Shown here: positions 48,409-56,345 of the stretch, piece after piece
How the letters are laid out: each line of letters starts with the position of its first letter
How positions within the stretch are numbered: the stretch's first letter is position 1
From: a virus
Length of the DNA stretch: 64,000 nucleotides
Reading direction: 5' to 3' (one strand)
IMG/VR virus record: IMGVR_UViG_3300028027_000057
Span: 11,089-75,088 of that record
Program-made: the position numbers and the translations under genes
Notes under the pieces: model-generated
Databases searched by the model: none
What the model was told of the DNA's origin: nothing
The model's input: only the letters and a program-made list of their open reading frames with translations

Positions 48409-50228
48409 TATCTCATCCTATTAACTACAATTTTCCAAGTTATGTCACAAGAAGCAACGCCTGTTACTCTAATGTCAACAGATGATCCATTGACAATAGC
48501 AGCTATGTTGGCAGGACTTAGTGCGGCGTCTTCTGACGTATAGTCTGATTGTACTGTTGGAAGCGATACAGTTCCAGCATTATTTTTAATTCTTAAAGTT
48601 CTTTCGTAAGCAACTGATTCATTGCTTCCATTTGTTCTAATTCCAGTCACGACAACTTTAACTAGTTCAACTGAGTTTGAAGCAGTGGCTACAGAAGCCA
48701 GTACAGCATTTACTGCGCCAGAAGTTGTAGAGCTATTTGCACTAATATTGTATTTTACATTGTTTTCTTGTAAATGCAATAAGCTGTCTGGAGCATTGCT
48801 ACCGATACCGAGTCTTGTATTTGCTTCGTCAAAAGCAGAACTAGCACCTAGCTTGATTTTGCCTTTTGTTGCATTGCTTGTAGAACTAAGAGACAAGTCA
48901 TTAGCAGAAGCACTTCCACCCACTAAACTTTGTCCACCAGAACGTCCTGCTAACAGAGCGTACTGAGCATGGTCATCGTCTGACAAACCAGAGATAGAGC
49001 CGTGATCCAAGCCAGCCTGAAGAACGTCAGCAGTTAGCAAGTTAGACACGCCATCGTAACTAAGATTTACGGTAGCTGTATCAGAAATAGCAGCCCCCAT
49101 AGCGTCTTGAGCTGCCTCATTAAAGTTTGAAACCTGTGAAGCAGTGATATTGATAGAAGTGTTTGAAGCAGAGGTTATTTGGCCCTGAGCGTTAACAGCA
49201 AAAGAAGAAACCTGAGAAGCAGAGCCGTATGTAGACGCTGTAACACCACTGGCAGAGATAGCAATCGAAGGATTTCCTGAGACTCCATCTCCATTACTAA
49301 CAGTGATTCCAGTTCCTGAAGCAATTGATCTTGCTGCAAAAGTGTCAGCAGCAGTCTGAACTACAATACCATTGCTGTTGAAAGCGGCAAGTGCAGTTAA
49401 CGTTGCATCCACTGGTTGTTTCTCAGAATCTAGTTCGTTAATAGCAGCCTGTACTGTTACAGACGACAAGCTACCAGCTGGTGTGTTAGAAACTTGAGCA
49501 GCAGAGTAATCTCCACTCTGAGCAGAAATAACACCAGAGCGACCAAAGACAGAAGTAACAGCTGAAGGAGAGATTTCAATGTAAGTAGAGCCTGACCATC
49601 TGTATGTTTTATTATTGTCTATTGCAACGTAAATTACGCCATTTTCTCCAGTAACTGGAAATGAAGCCAAATCACTAAATTCTAAAACATCGTCCACAAA
49701 ACTAGGCAACTGAGCAGCAGGAACTTTCCCTGTTGCGTCCAAAGTAGCTAATCCAGATGGCTGAGCTTTTTGTGCTGAAATTCTAGCGTCAGCAGCGGCG
49801 CTGAAGTCAGTAACTTGAGAAGCAGCGATTGCAATACTAACGTTAGAAGCAGCAGTCAATCTACCTTTCGCGTCAACCGTAATACTTGGCACTGATCCTG
49901 CCAATCCGTAAGCTCCAGCAGTGACTGTAGTATCAATCAAGTCAGAGCTTATCTTATTTAAAGCATCGTCATAACTCATGCTAATATTTGATGAGTTCGC
50001 TACGATTCCACCAACTACATCTTGAATGTCTTCGGCAGTTACTGTAGAAATAATTGACCAAGCTGTGTCAGCTGAGCCACTTTTTACATACAAAAGCCCA
50101 GATGAACCAGAATCAAATAGTGCCAGTGAACCAATAGGAGCAGCTACTCCTAGAATCGCCGATGGATCAGAATCCACCTCTAAAATTTGCTTGTTATTGA
50201 CCGTTAATAGTCCCGTTATGTTAGCCAT
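48408..50228 (-). CDS. modular fibre protein
   Basis: TVDAKGRLTAAS, LATLDATGKVP, FPVTGENGVIYVA, VTSVFGRSG, GDGVSGNPSI and HGSISGLSDDDHAQY modules. Confidence 0.75.
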   Translation of the reverse strand: MANITGLLTVNNKQILEVDSDPSAILGVAAPIGSLALFDSGSSGLLYVKSGSADTAWSIISTVTAEDIQDVVGGIVANSSNISMSYDDALNKISSDLIDTTVTAGAYGLAGSVPSITVDAKGRLTAASNVSIAIAASQVTDFSAAADARISAQKAQPSGLATLDATGKVPAAQLPSFVDDVLEFSDLASFPVTGENGVIYVAIDNNKTYRWSGSTYIEISPSAVTSVFGRSGVISAQSGDYSAAQVSNTPAGSLSSVTVQAAINELDSEKQPVDATLTALAAFNSNGIVVQTAADTFAARSIASGTGITVSNGDGVSGNPSIAISASGVTASTYGSASQVSSFAVNAQGQITSASNTSINITASQVSNFNEAAQDAMGAAISDTATVNLSYDGVSNLLTADVLQAGLDHGSISGLSDDDHAQYALLAGRSGGQSLVGGSASANDLSLSSTSNATKGKIKLGASSAFDEANTRLGIGSNAPDSLLHLQENNVKYNISANSSTTSGAVNAVLASVATASNSVELVKVVVTGIRTNGSNESVAYERTLRIKNNAGTVSLPTVQSDYTSEDAALSPANIAAIVNGSSVDIRVTGVASCDITWKIVVNRMR

Positions 50229-50229
50229 T

Positions 50230-50679
50230 TCATTCCCCCGAATGTTGTTCTATTTGTATAGACCCTTTCCACTTTGTTAAATTATTACTTAAACCCTTGA
50301 CTTGCATTTTAATCTGAGAACCTTCTGCCAAAAATCTAACAGAGAATCCCCTCTCTTGTACATCAGTAAAATCAGATTGTTGAATTGTAAGACCTGATAC
50401 CAAGCTATTTTCTTTATAAAACATGGCTGTCTTTTTAAATCCAGCATATTTTCCAGTGTCCAATTCTTTTGCTATAACAGAGAACGTAAGCATAACTGCG
50501 CTATCCTCTACTGGACTATACGTATGGACTGTATTCCAATCATTGGAAGAGAATTGATTAGAGATTAGAACAAATCTTTGCAAAAACTCATTCAATCCAT
50601 CTACAATTTCATCAGCAAATTCTAAGCTCTGTAGCTTTTGTCTAAACCGCTGTCTTGCTCCATCAGATATATTAGACAT
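50230..50679 (-). CDS. structural protein, fibre-docking candidate
   Basis: Paralogous to the C-terminal domain of 48408. Confidence 0.6.
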   Translation of the reverse strand: MSNISDGARQRFRQKLQSLEFADEIVDGLNEFLQRFVLISNQFSSNDWNTVHTYSPVEDSAVMLTFSVIAKELDTGKYAGFKKTAMFYKENSLVSGLTIQQSDFTDVQERGFSVRFLAEGSQIKMQVKGLSNNLTKWKGSIQIEQHSGE

Positions 50680-51770
50680 TATTCTCCTAGAGTTATACCA
50701 ACAGTTCCAACCCTAGCCTCACCAGATGCCATAATAGTAATTTTTACTACGTAGTGTGTTAAGTCTAATATAGATGAGGCGTTTACAGGAGAAATCTGAT
50801 AGTACCCATTTACGTCCGGTAAGATTCCAGACTCAGTAATACCAATAGAATTTCCATTCTTGTCATAAATAGTGTAACTTGCTGCACCTAAAACCCCATC
50901 GCTAATCATTTCTGAATCTTTGGTACACCATAGAGTTCCCTGAAGCTCATTTGAAGAGCTAATAGAGAATATGGCACGAGACTCGTACTGATGTCCTGCC
51001 GCAGAGTGCATAATTGGCAAGTTATAAGTTAAGTTAACACCGTCAACAAGTATAGTTACTTTTGCAGCATAAAAATTATTGTCTAAGTCTAAAATAGAAG
51101 CAACAGGTAAGATTTCAAAGAACCCTTCAGCGTCTGGAGCTATCCCAGATTCTGCCATCCCCGGAACTAAGCTGCCATTTCTGTCATAGATAACATAAGA
51201 AGCTAGTCCTAATCTTAGTGGATTAGTAATTACGCCCTCACTGTCCGTTACCCAAAAAGTAGCAATTAATTGATTCAAGTCGTCTATATTAAATAGTCCA
51301 CTGATTGAAGCGTTTAATGCACCAGTAACTCCCGGGCTTATTTGACTAAGGGTTACAATATTATTTTCTCTGTTTCCAACAGCATCTACTGCCCTAACTC
51401 CAACGTAATAAGTGTCAGCGGTCTGCAACAATGTACCATCTCCTAGAGAAAATACACTAGCTTGTAATTGGGTAGTAACCATGGATATGTTTACAGCATT
51501 GAATATACCAGAGGGTGTACCTGCCTTGACATATACTTCATATCTGATACTTCCAGACAAATCTGTAGCAGCTGCCCACTGAGCTTGTAATTGTCCCAAA
51601 GACCCAAGAGTTAGAAACCCAATTCCAGAAAACACTGGAGGAGTAGTATCTAGAATACAAGCCTGAGAGGTCGATTGAACCGTCCCCCCAGTGACCAAGT
51701 GATTTCCAAAAACGGTTCCGAGGGAAGTACCTTGTGAGATAGTTCCACCAGAAAAAAGTAAATTAGACAT
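50679..51770 (-). CDS. FN3/Ig-like domain structural protein
   Basis: DTTPPVFSG...YYVGVRAVDAVGN, then two tandem repeats (ASY.IYD.NG...ESGI.PD..G). Confidence 0.7.
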   Translation of the reverse strand: MSNLLFSGGTISQGTSLGTVFGNHLVTGGTVQSTSQACILDTTPPVFSGIGFLTLGSLGQLQAQWAAATDLSGSIRYEVYVKAGTPSGIFNAVNISMVTTQLQASVFSLGDGTLLQTADTYYVGVRAVDAVGNRENNIVTLSQISPGVTGALNASISGLFNIDDLNQLIATFWVTDSEGVITNPLRLGLASYVIYDRNGSLVPGMAESGIAPDAEGFFEILPVASILDLDNNFYAAKVTILVDGVNLTYNLPIMHSAAGHQYESRAIFSISSSNELQGTLWCTKDSEMISDGVLGAASYTIYDKNGNSIGITESGILPDVNGYYQISPVNASSILDLTHYVVKITIMASGEARVGTVGITLGE

Positions 51771-54100
51771 TAACTATCCTTTATACTTGGACGCACATCC
51801 ACTCCCGGAGGACTTGTGAAGTTATAACGCACTAACGTACCGACAACATTTGGAATTGTACCAAGACTTAACCAAGTTACCCCACCATCTGTGGAATATT
51901 GAAAATTGCTTGGATTTGATGTAATACTTTGACTGATAAGTAAAGTACCACTTAAGTCATATGCTCTAAATCTTAAACTAGTAGGAACTGAAGTAGCATA
52001 CGCAGACTTCAATCTAAATCCAACTCTAGTAGGAACTAGTGTAGATGAGTCATCATAGCTATATTCCCAATTGTCAGACAACTCTTCATTTGCTTCATAT
52101 ACTACAGACAAACCAGCAACTTGAACTGGAGACGATTTCCCAGTAGTCTGGACGTTAAATGTTATTTTAAACTGAATTTGCCCTGTAACAGAAAGCCCTG
52201 ACAAGTCTTGATAATGATCAACGTACGTCCATCCTCCTGAGATCGATCCAAATCCTGAAGTTCTGTAGAAAACATCAAGAGTACCAGATGTTTGTACTAA
52301 TTCTTCAAGAACAGTAAGGTTTTTAATCTGACCGTTAGGAATAGAAATTACTTTAGATACGATATAAGAATAATCGGTCAAGCAATCAGATCGCAAATCA
52401 AGAGCAATAAGACCACGTTGACCTACTGTGGCAGCTGGTCCCATTACAATTTGCCATCCAGCTTGATTTGTAAAATTAGTAGGAGCTGCTGCAAACTCTA
52501 GCTGAGCATTAGCAGTAGGTACTATACCTTCGTAGTAAGAAACTCCCATCTGACCATAAATGGCATTAATTACGTTATTTTGCACTTTCTTGTTTACAAC
52601 TTTAAGAGTATTGTAAATAAACAAAGCTTGGTCTAAAGAGTCTGACCAACTAGCATGAGTAGCAGTTGGAGCAATAATTTGGTTTGGAGTTCCTAATAAA
52701 TTGGAAGTTGTTAAACTAGCCCAAGTAATTCCACCCTTAACCAACTCAGACATTAATCCTAAATACAAGTTTGTAGTAGTTGCAAGGAAAATACAAGAGT
52801 TTCCATTCAAAAGACTCCCATTAATAGGAGCATTGGTTGGAATTGCTTTGTTTTCGCAGTCAGTAACTAGCACAATACCAGCAAGAGCTGGCAAAATACC
52901 AGTTTTAAAAAGCCACTGAGACGGACTTTCTCCAAACGCTCTTCCAATATCAACAGTACCAACGGTTGTTGTGTTGATAGAAGCACCAGCAGAAGTCAAC
53001 GACACTTCAAAGTCATTTAAACTAGCATTACGAACATAGTAAACAGTGTTTAGTGCCAATCCACCCGGAGCAATACCTGCTGTAAAAATAATAGGATCAT
53101 TTGCTTGAAACGGATGAGCTGCGTACTGAACCTTACCCGGAGAAGCCAAGGTAATGTTAATAGAAGACGCAATACTATAAGTAGGGGCTACTGTAATATC
53201 TCTAATATAAAAAGAATGAGACGCTGCTAAACCACTATGAGTGTACATGCGATTAGATGCTGTATCAATTACTGCTCCAAGAGCAGCGATTTCTGATTTA
53301 GACATGTGAAGAATAGCTGAACCAGCAACACCAGTTGTAACAATAGATGGTCCACCAAATGTTAAAGATACTTCAAAGTCATCAGCTAAAGGATTTCTTA
53401 CAAAATAAACAGTGTTTAAAAGCAATCCAGTTGGAACTGTTCCAGAAGTAAATAATACTTGATCGTTTGCAGCAAAAGGGTGTGCCACATATTGTACTTT
53501 TCCGGGAGATGCAACAGTTACAGTCACTGCGGCTGCTGTTTGAACTGGAGCCTCGCAAAGCTTATATACGGCTTTCTGATTGTTCCCACTGGCGAAAGGT
53601 AAGGTAGGAGGAGATATTTGAGAAAAGTCTGATTTTGCAATGCTGTTAATTAAAAATGTTCCGCCGTGAGAAGCTGGACCTACTGATGCGGCAGTAATTA
53701 GATATATCTTCCATCCAGTTAAGCCAACATCTGATACCTTTAAACTTCTTACAACATGCAATGTAGTGAGTGGGTTATTTGGAATACTTACGTTAATACG
53801 ACCAACATAAGAATGAGTTCCAGTAGCGAAGTCAAAATCATAAAGGAAAATAGGGGCAAAAGCAGCGCCTGCTGCAATCGCTCCAACAATGAATACTCTA
53901 TTGTTTTCTGAAGCAAATAAAGTAGAACCCATAACGGCTCCACCAGTGTCTGTTTGAAAATCCATAAATTTAGTAAGAGGTGGGCCAAGTACTTGCTTAC
54001 TGTCTACAGTCTTTTGAGTAACTCGACCTGCAATAGTGGTCTTGTTCTGATCGTAGACCGTCACAACATTGCTTAATAAATCTAAATTCTTATAACCCAT
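51770..54100 (-). CDS. large structural protein with a duplicated beta domain
   Basis: Two ASPGKVQY.AHPF.AND...LNTVY.VRN...DFEVSLT repeats. Confidence 0.7.
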   Translation of the reverse strand: MGYKNLDLLSNVVTVYDQNKTTIAGRVTQKTVDSKQVLGPPLTKFMDFQTDTGGAVMGSTLFASENNRVFIVGAIAAGAAFAPIFLYDFDFATGTHSYVGRINVSIPNNPLTTLHVVRSLKVSDVGLTGWKIYLITAASVGPASHGGTFLINSIAKSDFSQISPPTLPFASGNNQKAVYKLCEAPVQTAAAVTVTVASPGKVQYVAHPFAANDQVLFTSGTVPTGLLLNTVYFVRNPLADDFEVSLTFGGPSIVTTGVAGSAILHMSKSEIAALGAVIDTASNRMYTHSGLAASHSFYIRDITVAPTYSIASSINITLASPGKVQYAAHPFQANDPIIFTAGIAPGGLALNTVYYVRNASLNDFEVSLTSAGASINTTTVGTVDIGRAFGESPSQWLFKTGILPALAGIVLVTDCENKAIPTNAPINGSLLNGNSCIFLATTTNLYLGLMSELVKGGITWASLTTSNLLGTPNQIIAPTATHASWSDSLDQALFIYNTLKVVNKKVQNNVINAIYGQMGVSYYEGIVPTANAQLEFAAAPTNFTNQAGWQIVMGPAATVGQRGLIALDLRSDCLTDYSYIVSKVISIPNGQIKNLTVLEELVQTSGTLDVFYRTSGFGSISGGWTYVDHYQDLSGLSVTGQIQFKITFNVQTTGKSSPVQVAGLSVVYEANEELSDNWEYSYDDSSTLVPTRVGFRLKSAYATSVPTSLRFRAYDLSGTLLISQSITSNPSNFQYSTDGGVTWLSLGTIPNVVGTLVRYNFTSPPGVDVRPSIKDS

Positions 54101-54110
54101 TTTATCTCCC

Positions 54111-54911
54111 TTAGATAATGACCCAGTTTATGGAGTCCCTTCTATATTTATTTCCAATTAATGTATATGCGATTACTTTTCTAGCAGTTATCCCAGAAAA
54201 GGTGTTACTAGTGTAATCTATTTGTGTAACTCTTTGATTTTTAGTTCCAAAATCTGCATATGTTATAGTTTGAATCCTATCATGAGTTGTTAATATTTGT
54301 TGTCTTAAGTTATTTACATAGCCAAATTGGGTTCCGGTAGGAGTTCCATCGATTGTTCCAACATTTAGAACACTTAAGTCGTCTAATTTAGTATCAATAC
54401 TAGCTAAAGTTGTCTCAGTTGCGAATCCTGTAATAGGATTTGTGACTGAAACATTGATATCTGCTGCCCTTAGCTGAGCATCCGTCAAAGGCTGAGATAA
54501 TCCCGTGTCAACCGGTACTCTTCCAAGGATAGGAGACGGCAATTTAGAGTCAAGAGACGATAATGAAGCGTTCCCAACGTCTTGTTTTGATTCAGTAGCG
54601 GCTCCAGTAGGTAGAGCCTGTGGTCCACCAATGGCAGCTTCAATATCATTCAATACTGAAGTCTGAGCTTGTAGTTCAGCTAACGCGGCGGCGTCTTTAA
54701 CTGCTAAATTTCTAGCAGCATCGACCGTGGCAGTAGTTCCAGTGACCCCATCGCCAATAGAAACGCTATCTGTAACTGAGTCTAACTGCACATCTATGTC
54801 AGCATTAACAATCGTAGCTTCAGCGTCGGTCCGAATCCGACCATTAGCTTCGTCAAATGCCCCTTGGAGTACTTGATTTCCGTCTAACCTTGATGGAGGA
54901 GGTGCTGCCAT
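54111..54911 (-). CDS. fibre-like structural protein
   Basis: LPTGAATESKQ, LTDAQLRA and ATETTLASI repeats seen in phage fibres. Confidence 0.65.
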   Translation of the reverse strand: MAAPPPSRLDGNQVLQGAFDEANGRIRTDAEATIVNADIDVQLDSVTDSVSIGDGVTGTTATVDAARNLAVKDAAALAELQAQTSVLNDIEAAIGGPQALPTGAATESKQDVGNASLSSLDSKLPSPILGRVPVDTGLSQPLTDAQLRAADINVSVTNPITGFATETTLASIDTKLDDLSVLNVGTIDGTPTGTQFGYVNNLRQQILTTHDRIQTITYADFGTKNQRVTQIDYTSNTFSGITARKVIAYTLIGNKYRRDSINWVII

Positions 54912-55405
54912 TATTTGTTACCTTTCATCATTGCTTGTAATTTAGCCATTCTAGCTGGCGATTCTTTATATGCTTTACGGGCTTTATCTTCAGCTAGCAT
55001 CATTCTTTCTTCTTCTGGGTTACCGGATTCTGCTGGTTTAATTGCTTCATATGCTTGTCCAATAACTGGAATATCACCAGCTGCTTCTTCAGATGCCATA
55101 GCTGGATCGCCTGACATTAGCCCGTAAGCAGTTCCTAGTAATGGAACAGCTCCCATCATCTTCTTTTTAAGAATTCCAAACTTAGGCGAGGAATCACTAG
55201 CAATCTTCATTGCCCCACCGGCATTTAACTTCTGAAGATCATCGCCCATCTCAGCGATTAGCTGATCCTTCTTCTTATTAAGCATGTCACGCATCATTTG
55301 ACGCTGATTAATAGTAGCACCAGCCTTACTCATCTCTAAATCTTTCTCGTGATAAAGCTCGTTGATTCTATTTAATTCTTCTTGTAGCCTTTTTCTGTCG
55401 CTCAC
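54911..55405 (-). CDS. coiled-coil protein with shared C-terminal domain (putative virion cargo)
   Basis: C-terminus paralogous to 17676..18515. Confidence 0.7.
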   Translation of the reverse strand: MSDRKRLQEELNRINELYHEKDLEMSKAGATINQRQMMRDMLNKKKDQLIAEMGDDLQKLNAGGAMKIASDSSPKFGILKKKMMGAVPLLGTAYGLMSGDPAMASEEAAGDIPVIGQAYEAIKPAESGNPEEERMMLAEDKARKAYKESPARMAKLQAMMKGNK

Positions 55406-55406
55406 T

Positions 55407-55976
55407 TTATTCCCTTTCTTCTAATTTCTTTTTAATATTAGCCTTAGCCTCTCCTACCGTCTTTCCGCCGTATAAACCCTTGTTACCATTGATAGTACCT
55501 CTCGATAATATCTTACGGATAAGCTCTTCATCTGAAGCTTCTATTAGTTTTCTACCACCAGTAGGTCCTAAATTATGCATAGCATAAGCATCTTCCACAT
55601 TAGCTGGATTAGTTTGGGCTAAATACTTCTTCATTAGATCAGCTTGAGTATTCATGTCAGATAAGCTACTAGAGCTTCCCGGCAAAAGATGTTCGGCAGT
55701 TGTAGGTTGGAATTGAAATAATCCACGGGCTGATCCGCCCTGTAAAGGTTTGTCAAATTTACCATGTTGAGACTCTATTTTCCCAATCTTTTCAATATCT
55801 TCGGTGCTTAATCCAGAATCCTGAGCTACTTCAGAATAAACGTCATCAGGAGTCTTCTCCACGTATGTCGCTTTTCTTCCTTCCAACATTTTCTTCAGGC
55901 TTTTCATGTTTATACTCACCCCTAAGGAGCTTGTTGAGATTAATAAAGTTACGACGAGGAGGCAAATCTTTTTCAT
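55407..55976 (-). CDS. SLT-like lytic transglycosylase
   Basis: IGKIESQHG (catalytic Glu), ARGLFQF, YAMHNLG. Confidence 0.85.
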   Translation of the reverse strand: MKKICLLVVTLLISTSSLGVSINMKSLKKMLEGRKATYVEKTPDDVYSEVAQDSGLSTEDIEKIGKIESQHGKFDKPLQGGSARGLFQFQPTTAEHLLPGSSSSLSDMNTQADLMKKYLAQTNPANVEDAYAMHNLGPTGGRKLIEASDEELIRKILSRGTINGNKGLYGGKTVGEAKANIKKKLEERE

Positions 55977-56139
55977 TCTTTCTCCCTAAATAATTATAGC
56001 CTATCAATGAAGATGGACCAGAGGGTTCAATACCACTAGTTGTTATTTCATTGGCTTCAGGGGAAATAAATTCAGTCGGCTGCTCAATTTCTTGAACTTC
56101 CGACCGCTTTCCGAATAAATCTAATAACCTAGACCACAT
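55846..56139 (-). CDS. hypothetical protein
   Basis: Starts 1 nt after the stop of 56141; long overlap with the SLT gene lowers confidence. Confidence 0.45.
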   Translation of the reverse strand: MWSRLLDLFGKRSEVQEIEQPTEFISPEANEITTSGIEPSGPSSLIGYNYLGRKNEKDLPPRRNFINLNKLLRGEYKHEKPEENVGRKKSDIRGEDS

Positions 56140-56140
56140 A

Positions 56141-56344
56141 TTACTTGTATTTTTTCATTATTTCTTCGTATCTTTTGCGTTTTCGCTCTTTAATATCTTC
56201 TAAATCGTCCACTTCTTCCTCTGCTGCCGGTTCCCGCTTAACAGGTTCGTCAGGAGTCAGGGCGTGGAACATATCATTTATCGGATTAGTATCGAGTTTC
56301 TTCTCGTCTTTCTTTAAAAGTTTCTTGATCTTATTAAACTTCAT
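56141..56344 (-). CDS. small charged protein
   Basis: Directly after the portal gene; MKFNKIKKLL N-terminus. Confidence 0.65.
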   Translation of the reverse strand: MKFNKIKKLLKKDEKKLDTNPINDMFHALTPDEPVKREPAAEEEVDDLEDIKERKRKRYEEIMKKYK

Positions 56345-56345
56345 A

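Noticed and set aside
34224-48966. Antisense and alternate-frame ORFs in the track (e.g. 34224, 40075, 41617, 45648, 48622; also 3199 and 9930)
   Set aside because: Shadows of codon-biased genes, with no RBS or recognisable motifs
34133-54911. Diversity-generating retroelement or invertible fibre cassette
   Set aside because: No reverse transcriptase or invertase; repeats are diverged at synonymous sites, not adenine-specific template/variable pairs
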